Below, piece by piece: positions 53,642 through 61,961 of a stretch of DNA of 64,000 bases (its first letter is position 1; every line of letters begins with the position of its first letter). A program made the position numbers and the translations under genes. The DNA comes from Burkholderiales bacterium (GTDB taxonomy: Bacteria; Pseudomonadota; Gammaproteobacteria; Burkholderiales; SG8-39), in assembly GCA_036406675.1 (NCBI GenBank), contig DASXAO010000106.1, forward strand, positions 12,042 through 76,041. The letters are read 5' to 3'. The notes beneath the pieces are model-generated. The model made no database searches. It saw only the letters and a list, made by a program, of their open reading frames with translations, and was not told the origin of the DNA.

Positions 53642-54571
53642 ATGAAACTGCTCTACTTCAATGATTACCGCCTCGGCGTGCTGAAAGGCGACCGGGTCGT
53701 CGACGTCACCACGGTGGTCCTGAACGTCCCGCACACCGGCCCCGGTAACCTCATCAACGGCGTGATCGAGCGCTGGGCCGAGCTGCGCGGGCCGATCGAC
53801 AAGGCCGCGGCCTCGGGCACCGGCCTGCCGGTCGCGCAGGTGAAGATCCGCCCGCCGCTTCCCAAGCCGGTCAACATCGACTGCATGGCGGTGAACTACA
53901 TGGAGGACGGCACGCGCAAGGAGCCCGCGCCGATCAACGCCTTCCTCAAGTCGCCCAGCTGCGTCGTCGGCCACGGCGAAACCGTGGTCCTGCCCGACAT
54001 CGCGTTCTCCATTTTCGAGGGCGAGGCCGAGCTCGCGGTCGTGATCGGCAGGCGCGCGAAGAACGTGCCCGCGTCGCGCGCGATGGAGCACGTGTTCGGC
54101 TACACCTGCTTCATCGACGGCTCTGCGCGCGACGCCACCACGCTCGGCAACTCGTTCTACCAGGTGAAGTCGCGCGACACGTTCGCGCCGATCGGACCCT
54201 GTATCGTCACCGCCGACGAGATCAAGGATCCGCACAGGCTCCAGGTGCGCCTCTCGGTGAACGGCACGGTGAAGCAGAGCTACAACACCAGCGACATGGC
54301 GAACAAGATCCCGCGCTGCATCGAGTGGATCTCGGGCATCCACGAGCTCGAGCCCGGCGACGTCCTCGCCACCGGCACCAACCACCGCGGCCTGTCGGCG
54401 CTGCAGAACGGCGATACGGTCGAGCTCGAGATCGACAGCATCGGCAAGCTCGTCGTCAAGGTCCAGGACGACCTGAGCCGCACCTGGGCGCGCGAGACGC
54501 GCCTCGAGCGCGAGCAGAAGGGCCTGAAGGGCTACACGCCGCAGCTCACCGGGAAGTACGCAAAAGCCTAG
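53642..54571 (+). CDS. Fumarylacetoacetate hydrolase (FAH) family protein
   Basis: FEGEAELAVVIGRRAKNV and FIDGSARD are catalytic-region motifs. ATG 53642 lies in ORF 53369..54571. Confidence 0.88.
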   Translation: MKLLYFNDYRLGVLKGDRVVDVTTVVLNVPHTGPGNLINGVIERWAELRGPIDKAAASGTGLPVAQVKIRPPLPKPVNIDCMAVNYMEDGTRKEPAPINAFLKSPSCVVGHGETVVLPDIAFSIFEGEAELAVVIGRRAKNVPASRAMEHVFGYTCFIDGSARDATTLGNSFYQVKSRDTFAPIGPCIVTADEIKDPHRLQVRLSVNGTVKQSYNTSDMANKIPRCIEWISGIHELEPGDVLATGTNHRGLSALQNGDTVELEIDSIGKLVVKVQDDLSRTWARETRLEREQKGLKGYTPQLTGKYAKA

Positions 54572-55899
54572 GCGTACTCCTCGGAGACGTCCTTGTTGGT
54601 GTAGTCCGGCAGCAGGAGCGTCGCCGCGATGCTGCAGAGCGCGCACGCGAGGATGTACAGCGCGATCGAGTAGCCGGTCCTGTAGTGCGCGAAGAGCGCC
54701 GCGGCGATCAGCGGCGCCGGGCCGCCGGCGATGATCGAGGCGAGCTGGTAGCCCATCGAGGAGCCGCTGTAGCGAAGCCTCGGGGTGAAAGACTCGGCGA
54801 TCAGCGCCGCCTGCGGGCCGTACATCATGTCGTGCGGGATGAGCGACAGGATGACGGCGACGAAGATCCAGGCCGCGCTGCCGCTCGTCAGCATGCCGAA
54901 GTACGCGAAGCCGAAGATGCCGGTGACGAAGGCGCCGACGAGGTACATGTTGCGCCGGCCGATGCGGTCGGACATGTGGCCGAAGATCGGGATGGTGAAA
55001 AACGAGACCACCGACGCGCACAGCACCGCGGCGAGCAGGAAGTCGCGCGTCACGTCGAGCTGCCCGGTCGCGTAGCTGAAGATGAACGCGGTGAAGATGT
55101 AGAACGGCGCCTGCTCGGCCATCCGCGCCAAAGCCGAGAGGATGACTTCCTTCGGCTGGCGCTTGATCACCTCGAGCATCGGCCGCCGCTCGACGCGGTT
55201 CTGCTGCTGGAGGCGCGTGAACACCGGGGTTTCCATGATCTTCAGGCGGATGTAGAGGCCGATCGCGACCAGCACGATGCTGAGCGCGAAGGGGATGCGC
55301 CAGCCCCAGGTCAGGAACGCGGGCCCGGAGAGCTCGCTGCAGATGAGAACCACGAGGTTGGCGATGAAGAGTCCCGCCGGCACGCCGAACTGCGGCCACG
55401 ACGCGGCAAAGCCGCGATGCTGGTTGCTGCGCGTCCATTCCATCGACATCAGCACCGAGCCGCCCCACTCGCCGCCGACTCCCACGCCTTGGACGAACCG
55501 CAGCGCGGTCAGGATCACCGCGCCCCAGATGCCGATGCTTTCGTACGTCGGGACGAAGGCCACGAGGAACGTCGCGATGCCCATCACCATGAGCGTCGCG
55601 ATGAGCGTCGACTTGCGCCCGATGCGGTCGCCGTAGTGCCCGAAGATCGCGGCGCCGACCGGGCGCGCGATGAAGCCGACGGCGTAGATGGCGAAGGCCT
55701 GCAGCGTGCCCGTGAGCGGGTCGGACTGCGGAAAGAAGAGCTTTGCGAACACCAGGCCCGTGACGATGCTGTAGAGAAAGAAGTCGTACCACTCGATGGT
55801 GGTGCCGATGGTGCTGGCGATGACCGCGCGGCGCAGCTGCGTGCGCTGGTCGACTTGCTGCGATTGCGGTAGAGCCTGTCCCGCGGTGAACGTGGCCAT
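54568..55899 (-). CDS. MFS transporter, metabolite:H+ symporter (MHS) family
   Basis: ASTIGTTIEWYDFFLYS and GHYGDRIGRK motifs. The start is at MATFTAG (55899). Confidence 0.88.
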   Translation of the reverse strand: MATFTAGQALPQSQQVDQRTQLRRAVIASTIGTTIEWYDFFLYSIVTGLVFAKLFFPQSDPLTGTLQAFAIYAVGFIARPVGAAIFGHYGDRIGRKSTLIATLMVMGIATFLVAFVPTYESIGIWGAVILTALRFVQGVGVGGEWGGSVLMSMEWTRSNQHRGFAASWPQFGVPAGLFIANLVVLICSELSGPAFLTWGWRIPFALSIVLVAIGLYIRLKIMETPVFTRLQQQNRVERRPMLEVIKRQPKEVILSALARMAEQAPFYIFTAFIFSYATGQLDVTRDFLLAAVLCASVVSFFTIPIFGHMSDRIGRRNMYLVGAFVTGIFGFAYFGMLTSGSAAWIFVAVILSLIPHDMMYGPQAALIAESFTPRLRYSGSSMGYQLASIIAGGPAPLIAAALFAHYRTGYSIALYILACALCSIAATLLLPDYTNKDVSEEYA

Positions 55900-56035
55900 G
55901 CGATGCCCCAACGTGCGAAGAGGTGTGGTGGTTAGACGCAAGCGCCGTACCGCAGTTCAGGAATGCGGCTTGCTCGCCTGAGTTACTTCAGCCCAAGCTG
56001 AAACATCGGCCGGTCGCGGCCGCTAGCCTCCCTGC

Positions 56036-57430
56036 ATGGATACTGCGAAATACACGGCACGTTTATTTCCATTTCGCCCGACGCTCGTGCTCGTCGCGTG
56101 CTCCCTGGGCGTGCTCGTCGCGCAGGTCGATACCTCGGTCGTGACGCTCGCCGTCAAGCGCATCGGCGCGGACCTCGGCTCGACCGTGAGCGAAATGCAG
56201 TGGATGATCGATTCGTACAACCTGGTTTACGCGGCGCTGCTTCTCACGGGCGGCGCGCTCGGCGATCTGTACGGCCGCAGGCGCGTCTTCGGCTGCGGCA
56301 TCGCGCTGTTCGCGGTCGGCAGTATCTTGTGCGCCGCCGCGCCCAGCAGCGGCGCGCTGCTCCTGGGGCGGGCGATCAGCGGCCTCGGGGCGGCGCTCGA
56401 GCTGCCGATGTCCCTCGTCCTGCTCACGGCCGCCTATCCCGAGGAGAAATCCCGCCAGAATGCGCTCGGCATCTGGGCGAGCTGCAACGGGCTCGCCTTC
56501 ATCATCGGGCCCACGCTCGGCGGCCTGCTCGTGGACACCGCCGGCTGGCGCAGCATCTTCTACCTCGTGCTTCCGCTGTGCGCCGGCGCGCTGGCGCTGG
56601 CATGGGGTGCGGTGGAGGAGAGTAGCGATGCAAAAGGACGCAGGCTCGACATGCCGGGACAGGCCGCGGCGATCGCGGCCCTCGGCGGCTTCGCGTTCGC
56701 CGCCATCGAAGGTCCGCACCTTGGCTGGACCTCGCCCGCGGTTCTCCTTGGATTGACCCTTGCCGGCATTGGAGCGGCCGCGTTTGTCCGGGTCGAAAGA
56801 AAGGCGCAGAGCGGGCTGGTGCCGTTCGCACTTTTTGCGAGCCGGCCGTTCAGCGCCGCGCTCGCGGTCGCCGGCCTGATGACCTTCGGGATGTACGCGC
56901 TGCTCTTCCTGATGCCGCTCTATTTCCAGACGCTGCGCGATGCGACTCCGCTGATGGCGGGCGTGCGCATGCTGCCGCTTTCGGTTGCCTTCGTCGCGGT
57001 GTCGCAGTGGAACGGCCCGATCATGCGGGCGATCGGGGCGCGCGCGACGATGGCGTCGGGAATGGCCGCCATGGGGATCGGCGCGCTGCTGTGCGGAGTG
57101 TTTGCAGCAGACCCCGGGTACTGGCCAATCGCCGCGGGTCTCACGGTCGTCGGCGTGGGGCTGGGGCTCAACACGGCACCGGTCAACAGCGTCGCGGTGC
57201 AGAACGTGCCGCGTGAACGCGCCGGGACCGCGTCGGGACTACTGAACACCGCGCGCATGGTGGGCGCGACGCTCGGCATCGCGCTCCTCGGCGCCGTCTT
57301 CGCGCACTTCGCAGGCCAGGCGGCGGAAATCGAAGGCTTCCTGCCGGGCTTGCGGGCCGCCCTGCTGCTTGGCGGCGTTGCCGAGCTCGCGGGGGCCGCG
57401 ATCGCGCTCGCTTTCGTGCGGGCGGGCTAG
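56036..57430 (+). CDS. MFS transporter, DHA2 (EmrB/QacA-like, 14-TMS) family
   Basis: MQWMIDSYNLVYAALLLTGGALGDLYGRRRVF. 464 aa. Confidence 0.88.
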   Translation: MDTAKYTARLFPFRPTLVLVACSLGVLVAQVDTSVVTLAVKRIGADLGSTVSEMQWMIDSYNLVYAALLLTGGALGDLYGRRRVFGCGIALFAVGSILCAAAPSSGALLLGRAISGLGAALELPMSLVLLTAAYPEEKSRQNALGIWASCNGLAFIIGPTLGGLLVDTAGWRSIFYLVLPLCAGALALAWGAVEESSDAKGRRLDMPGQAAAIAALGGFAFAAIEGPHLGWTSPAVLLGLTLAGIGAAAFVRVERKAQSGLVPFALFASRPFSAALAVAGLMTFGMYALLFLMPLYFQTLRDATPLMAGVRMLPLSVAFVAVSQWNGPIMRAIGARATMASGMAAMGIGALLCGVFAADPGYWPIAAGLTVVGVGLGLNTAPVNSVAVQNVPRERAGTASGLLNTARMVGATLGIALLGAVFAHFAGQAAEIEGFLPGLRAALLLGGVAELAGAAIALAFVRAG

Positions 57431-58131
57431 CCGCCGCCGAGGCGCAGGTTGAGCTGGTAGACATTCGCGGCGGGCAGCTCGAGCTTCTCGCCGGTCACCC
57501 ATTCGACGATCGGCGCGAACTGACGGCATTCGGCGCCCGCCAGTCCGGGATCCATCTCGAAGATGCCGCTGCCGGTCTCGGCCGCGTGCACGAAGATATC
57601 GGAGTCGAGAAGGCGCCCGATCAGGGGGAGGTTGAGCGCCTTCAGGAAGCGCTCGAGCGGCTGGTACACCGGCATCGACCGGCGCACGCGGTTGGCGATC
57701 ACGCCGATGCGGATGTTGCGCGTGCGCACGAGCCCGGTCAGCAGCACGTCCTTGATGAAGTGCGCGGTGGCGTGGATGTCGATGGAGGACGGGGTAACGG
57801 GAATGAGCACGCTGTTCGCCTTGCACAACAGCTCCTGCAGCATCACGCCGGAGACGCCTCCGGGCACGTCGATGACGAGCTGCTTCGTTTCCGCGGGCAC
57901 GTACATGCCGAAGCTGCGCAACTGGCCGAACTTCTCGGGCGCGGCGTTCGAGCCGTGGATTTTTGCGAGCGTAGGGTGGCGCAGCTTCAGCCAGTGAAGG
58001 CTCGACCCCTGCGGGTCGTAGTCCATGATCGTGGTGGCGACGTTCGCCGTGGCGAAATAGCTCGCCAGGTTGATCGAGACGGTGGTTTTGCCGGCGCCGC
58101 CCTTTCGATTGATCACGAGCGTGGTATTCAT
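57427..58131 (-). CDS. Orphan ParA/MinD-family ATPase
   Basis: The deviant Walker A reads VINRKGGAGKTTVSINLA. Contains DYDPQGSS. 234 aa with no N-terminal HTH. Its stop overlaps the MFS stop (CTAG). Confidence 0.8.
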   Translation of the reverse strand: MNTTLVINRKGGAGKTTVSINLASYFATANVATTIMDYDPQGSSLHWLKLRHPTLAKIHGSNAAPEKFGQLRSFGMYVPAETKQLVIDVPGGVSGVMLQELLCKANSVLIPVTPSSIDIHATAHFIKDVLLTGLVRTRNIRIGVIANRVRRSMPVYQPLERFLKALNLPLIGRLLDSDIFVHAAETGSGIFEMDPGLAGAECRQFAPIVEWVTGEKLELPAANVYQLNLRLGGG

Positions 58132-58326
58132 GCCACAACCCCTTCTTGTTCTACTCACCCCCGGCGCGGGCATCATGCGCCGGGGTCCCCGCAAAATCAA
58201 ATTCGCTTCGACAGGCGCTGTCGGGCTGGGGCGTCAACGTCGTAAGGGCTTGCAAGGACAAGGCAACTCCGTGGCGCAGTGCGCGGCGCGCCAAGGAATT
58301 GGCAGGTATCCTCCCGCTGCGCCGCA

Positions 58327-58452
58327 ATGAATAACTACGACAATCCCTACCGCGACGATCCCGAGCTTGCACCGCTCACCCCCGCAGGGCGCTTCATCGA
58401 ATGCGCTTTTGCAGTAGTGCTCGCGTTGCTGGCGGTGTACCTTTCCAAGTAA
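58327..58452 (+). CDS. Candidate 41-aa membrane-anchored micro-protein
   Basis: MNNYDNPYRDDPELAPLTPAGRFIECAFAVVLALLAVYLSK has a polar head and a single C-terminal TM. It is followed by a CCCCGCGCGGGG hairpin. It is below the ORF-track length cutoff. Confidence 0.3.
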   Translation: MNNYDNPYRDDPELAPLTPAGRFIECAFAVVLALLAVYLSK

Positions 58453-58474
58453 ACCAACCCCGCGCGGGGGCCGT

Positions 58475-58484
58475 TAACTAGTTA
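58475..58484. promoter_or_regulatory. Perfect AT-rich palindrome TAACTAGTTA upstream of the small HTH gene (candidate operator)
   Basis: A 10-bp perfect palindrome in otherwise GC-rich DNA, about 38 bp before ATG 58522. Confidence 0.3.
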
Positions 58485-58521
58485 CCTTCCCCGCCGTCGG
58501 ATGCAAGCGCAAGGTATCGGC

Positions 58522-58755
58522 ATGGCAAAAGCAGTCTACCAACGCTCGGTCGAGATGGCCGCCGAGATCCTAGGGAGCAACGATGCGGTCGCCGGCTATC
58601 TGGGCGTGAACCCCTCGGAAGTGCTCGCCTGGGTGGAGGGAAGGGCGGAACCCGCCATCAACCTGTTCCTGCGGCTCGTCGATCTCATCGAGCGAAGCAC
58701 GGTCAGCGCCGCCCGCACGGCGACGGTCGTGCGCTCCAAGCGCGACGAAAAATAG
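58522..58755 (+). CDS. Small HTH-like protein (77 aa), paralog of 20736..20966
   Basis: See the alignment under 20736..20966. ATG 58522 (MAKAVYQ) lies within ORF 58501..58755. Confidence 0.5.
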   Translation: MAKAVYQRSVEMAAEILGSNDAVAGYLGVNPSEVLAWVEGRAEPAINLFLRLVDLIERSTVSAARTATVVRSKRDEK

Positions 58756-58766
58756 CCGCGGCCGCC

Positions 58767-59738
58767 CTACTCGGGCTGGATGCCGGCCTCCTTCACGATC
58801 CGGCCCCACTTGTCGACTTCGGCCTGGATCACACTGCCAAATTGTTCCGGCGTGCCGCCCTGGATTTCGATTCCAGCGGTGGTGAGGCGTGCGCGCACAT
58901 CGTCCTGCCTGAGCGCGGCGTTGATCACTGCGTTCAGCCGGTTGACCGTGTCCTTCGGCGTGCGCGCCGGGGCGAGGATGCCGCCCCAGGTGCTCGCGTC
59001 GTAGCCGGGGAGGCCTGACTCCGCGATCGTCGGCAGGTCCGGGAACGAGCTCGAGCGCTTCAGCGTGGTCACGGCGATGCCTCGCAGCGCGCCCGAGCGC
59101 ACGTGCGGCGCGATCGCGGTGACCGTATCGAAGATCATCGCGGTGCGGCCCGCGAGAAGGTCGGGATGCGCCGCCGAGCTGCCTTTGTAGGGGACGTGCT
59201 GCATCTTCGTCTTCGTCATGCTCATGAAGAGCTCCGCCGCCATGTGGAGCGAGCTGCCTGGGCCGCTCGACGCGTAAGCCGCCTTGCCGGGGTTGGCGCG
59301 GATCCAGGCCGCGAGCTCCTGCACGTTCTTCGCGCCGACCGAGGGATGCACCGCGAGAAGGAGCGGTACGACGTGCGTATAAGCGACCGGCTCGAAGTCC
59401 TTCACCGGGTCGTAGGGCAGGTTCTTGTAGAGCCACTTGTTGGTCGCGTGGCTCGACGCGACGATCACCAGCGTGTAGCCGTCGGGCGGGCTCTTGGCGA
59501 CGAAATCGGTGCCGAGGTTGTTCGCGGCGCCGGGCTTGTTCTCCACGATCACCGGCTGGCCGAGCGGCGCCGACATCTTGTCGGCCAGCGAGCGCGCGAT
59601 GAGGTCGATCGCGCCGCCGGTGGTCGCGGGCACCACGATCTTGACCGGCCGCGACGGGTAGGTCTGCGCGGCGGCGCCATGACACGCGAGGGCCAGAGCG
59701 AAAGCGATCCACCACTCGAAAGCGATCCACCGCCTCAT
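58767..59738 (-). CDS. Bug/TctC-family substrate-binding protein
   Basis: YPSRPVKIVVPATTGGAIDLIARSL..ENKPGAANNLG. The start at 59738 (MRRWIAFEWWIAF) lies in ORF 58767..60650. Confidence 0.9.
   Translation of the reverse strand: MRRWIAFEWWIAFALALACHGAAAQTYPSRPVKIVVPATTGGAIDLIARSLADKMSAPLGQPVIVENKPGAANNLGTDFVAKSPPDGYTLVIVASSHATNKWLYKNLPYDPVKDFEPVAYTHVVPLLLAVHPSVGAKNVQELAAWIRANPGKAAYASSGPGSSLHMAAELFMSMTKTKMQHVPYKGSSAAHPDLLAGRTAMIFDTVTAIAPHVRSGALRGIAVTTLKRSSSFPDLPTIAESGLPGYDASTWGGILAPARTPKDTVNRLNAVINAALRQDDVRARLTTAGIEIQGGTPEQFGSVIQAEVDKWGRIVKEAGIQPE
59699..59734 (-). repeat. In-frame 18-bp tandem duplication inside the signal peptide
   Basis: CGAAAGCGATCCACCACT / CGAAAGCGATCCACCGCC, encoding WIAFEW-WIAFAL. 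Confidence 0.8.
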
Positions 59739-59749
59739 CTCGATCCTCC

Positions 59750-60697
59750 CTAGTCCGCCTTGATGTTGTTGTCGCGAATCACCTTGCCCCAGCGCTCGAG
59801 GTCCCGCGCCACGACCTCGTTGAACCGCGGATACGCGAGGCCCGTCGGCTGGAAGCCGAGCTCGCGCAGCCGTGCCGAAACATCCGGCGAAAGGACCGCC
59901 TGGCGGATGTCGACGGAAAGCTGCTCGAGGACCGGCTTCGGCGTCGCGGCCGGGGCGAACATGCCGTGCCAGGCTTCGATGCCTACGCCCGGGAACACGC
60001 TGTCGAAGGGCGGCACGCCGGGCAGCGCCTCGATCGGTCTTGCGCCGGTGACGAGGAGCGGACGCAGCGTGCCGGCGCGGATGTGCGCCAGCACGCCGAC
60101 CGAGACCTCGAACATGAAGTTCACTTCGCCGGCGAGGACCGCCTGCACCGCCGCCGCGGCCCCTTTGTACGGCACGTGGCTGATGTTCGCGCCGGTGGTT
60201 CCTTTCATCAGCTCGAAGAAGAGGTGCTGCCCCGAGCCGGTTCCGGCGCTCGCGTAGTTGAGCTTCCCCGGCTGCTTCTTCGCCAGCGCGATCAGCTCCT
60301 CGACCGAGCCGACGCCGGACTTCGCGTTCGCCACGAGCACGTAGTCGATGAGCGCGATCTGCGACACGCCGACGAGGTCGCGCAAGGTGTCGTAGGGCAG
60401 CTTCTGCAGGTGCGGCGTCGCCACGAGCGGCGTCGAGTTGACCGCCAGCGTGTAGCCGTCCGGCGCGCTTTTCGCGAGCAGATCGGTGCCGATCGCGCCA
60501 CTCGCCCCGCCGCGGTTGTCGATCACCACCGGCTGCCCCCACTGCTCGGAGAGCTTGCGCCCGACCACCCGGCCGACGATGTCGAGCGGTCCGCCGGGCG
60601 GGAAGGGCACGATGAGCCTGACCGGCCGCGACGGGAAGTCTGCTCCCCATCCCGAGACTGCAACGAAGATTCCCAGGAGGGTTATTAACAGTTTCAT
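59750..60697 (-). CDS. Bug/TctC-family substrate-binding protein
   Basis: MKLLITLLGIFVAVSGWGADFPSRPVRLIVPFPPGGPLDIVGRVV..DNRGGASGAIG. Confidence 0.9.
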   Translation of the reverse strand: MKLLITLLGIFVAVSGWGADFPSRPVRLIVPFPPGGPLDIVGRVVGRKLSEQWGQPVVIDNRGGASGAIGTDLLAKSAPDGYTLAVNSTPLVATPHLQKLPYDTLRDLVGVSQIALIDYVLVANAKSGVGSVEELIALAKKQPGKLNYASAGTGSGQHLFFELMKGTTGANISHVPYKGAAAAVQAVLAGEVNFMFEVSVGVLAHIRAGTLRPLLVTGARPIEALPGVPPFDSVFPGVGIEAWHGMFAPAATPKPVLEQLSVDIRQAVLSPDVSARLRELGFQPTGLAYPRFNEVVARDLERWGKVIRDNNIKAD

Positions 60698-60708
60698 CAA
60701 TCTGACGA

Positions 60709-61665
60709 TCAAGCGGCCTTGCGTCGTCCCTGGAGATCCAGAAGGCCCGCGGCGATCAGCGCGCGGCGGATGCGCTCGATCTCGTCTGCCGGCAGCTTGA
60801 CGAGCGGCGGGCGCACCACGGCGCGCGGCAGGCGGCCGAGCAGCACGAGCGCCTCTTTCATGCGGTTGTGCATGTCGACGAAGGGATCGGCGTAGAACAC
60901 CTCGGCCGTCGGGTAGATCCGCTCGTGGATTTCTCTTGCCTTTGCCAGATCCTGGTCTTGAACCGCCTGGAAAAGTCGCGCCTGGAGGTCGGCGATCACC
61001 GAGCCGCTGCCGGAGAGCAGGCCCTCGCAGCCGAGCACGAGCGAGCTGAAGAGCCAGGAGCTGTGCGTGGTGAGGACGCTCACCGGCCGCGCGCGCGACT
61101 GCAGCGCCCGGATCTGCCGCTCGTGGAGCAGCGGGCTCGCGCACCAGTCCTTGATGGCGCGCACGGTGGGAACTTCGTCGCAGATGCGCTCGAGGGTGCT
61201 CATGGCATAGCCCTGGCCGCCCGCGAGCGGATACTGGAACACGATCAGAGGAAGGTCGGTCGCATCGGCGATGCGGCGGAAATGCTCGAGCGCCATCTCG
61301 GGGCGATGGCCGAACGTGTAGATGCCCGAGGGAAACACGAGCAGCGCGGAGGCGCCGCCCGCGGCCGCCATTCGCGCGAGGCGCTGCGCCTCGAGCGAGC
61401 CCTCGGCGTAGATGCCGTTCACGATCGGCAGGCGGCCGCCGATCTCTTCCTGCGTGATCTCGAGAATCCGGCGTTGCTCTTCGAAGGTGCACGAGGCGAC
61501 CTCCGAAGCGTGAGCGTTCGTGGTGATCGCGGCGAGCCCGGCGACCGAGGCCACGTCGCGCAGGTGCGCGCGGTAAGCGGCTTCGTCGATCGACAGGTCG
61601 TCGTGGAACGGCAGCAGCACCGCCGGGATGACTCCCTGCGGAACGTAGTCGCGATGGCGTGGCAT
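60709..61665 (-). CDS. Dihydrodipicolinate synthase (DapA)-family class I aldolase/lyase
   Basis: GVIPAVLLPFHDDLSIDEAAYRAHL. 318 aa. First gene of an apparent operon with the two Bug genes. Confidence 0.8.
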   Translation of the reverse strand: MPRHRDYVPQGVIPAVLLPFHDDLSIDEAAYRAHLRDVASVAGLAAITTNAHASEVASCTFEEQRRILEITQEEIGGRLPIVNGIYAEGSLEAQRLARMAAAGGASALLVFPSGIYTFGHRPEMALEHFRRIADATDLPLIVFQYPLAGGQGYAMSTLERICDEVPTVRAIKDWCASPLLHERQIRALQSRARPVSVLTTHSSWLFSSLVLGCEGLLSGSGSVIADLQARLFQAVQDQDLAKAREIHERIYPTAEVFYADPFVDMHNRMKEALVLLGRLPRAVVRPPLVKLPADEIERIRRALIAAGLLDLQGRRKAA

Positions 61666-61705
61666 GGGCGTCCTCCTCGGGCGCGAGGGCTATTCTAGCC
61701 GTCCC

Positions 61706-61742
61706 AAAAAGACAAACGCCCCGAAGCTTGCGCCCGGGGCGT
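61706..61742 (-). terminator. Rho-independent terminator (minus strand) upstream of the dapA-like gene
   Basis: The minus strand reads ACGCCCCG-GGCGCAAGCTT-CGGGGCGT followed by TTGTCTTTTT. Confidence 0.7.
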
Positions 61743-61784
61743 CTGCTTAGGCAGCCGGCCTAGATACTGGCCGGACTCCTGTTC

Positions 61785-61865
61785 TTAGGATTGCCCCCCA
61801 ACTGCACGGGTCGACGATCCACCGTTAGAGTCCTGCCGGCCGGTTGTGCCTTGGTCGTCTCTCAC
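61785..61865 (-). CDS. Candidate 26-aa hydrophilic peptide/leader ORF with near-perfect SD
   Basis: The minus strand reads AAAGGAGGTGATCCC-GTG AGA GAC GAC.. = (M)RDDQGTTGRQDSNGGSSTRAVGGQS*. The SD has 13 nt complementary to the canonical 16S 3' end. The terminator lies 40 nt after the stop. Confidence 0.35.
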   Translation of the reverse strand: MRDDQGTTGRQDSNGGSSTRAVGGQS

Positions 61866-61961
61866 GGGATCACCTCCTTTCAAAGTTGCCAGCCTCCAGT
61901 TTAGCGTGGAAAAAACCGGCCGCAAAACGTGGGCTGAGCCAAGTGGGCTAGACTGCGCCGC

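Noticed and set aside
57427-58131. Plasmid or prophage partition locus (parAB).
   Set aside because: There is no ParB or ParG gene in the operon, no iterated centromere-like repeats and no replication or mobility genes nearby. It is called an orphan ParA-family ATPase only.
61865-61880. GGGATCACCTCCTTTC resembles the 3' end of 16S rRNA, raising the possibility of an rRNA gene or fragment.
   Set aside because: Only about 14 nt match and nothing upstream resembles 16S helix 45 or any other rRNA sequence. It is better explained as the complement of a very strong SD on the minus strand.
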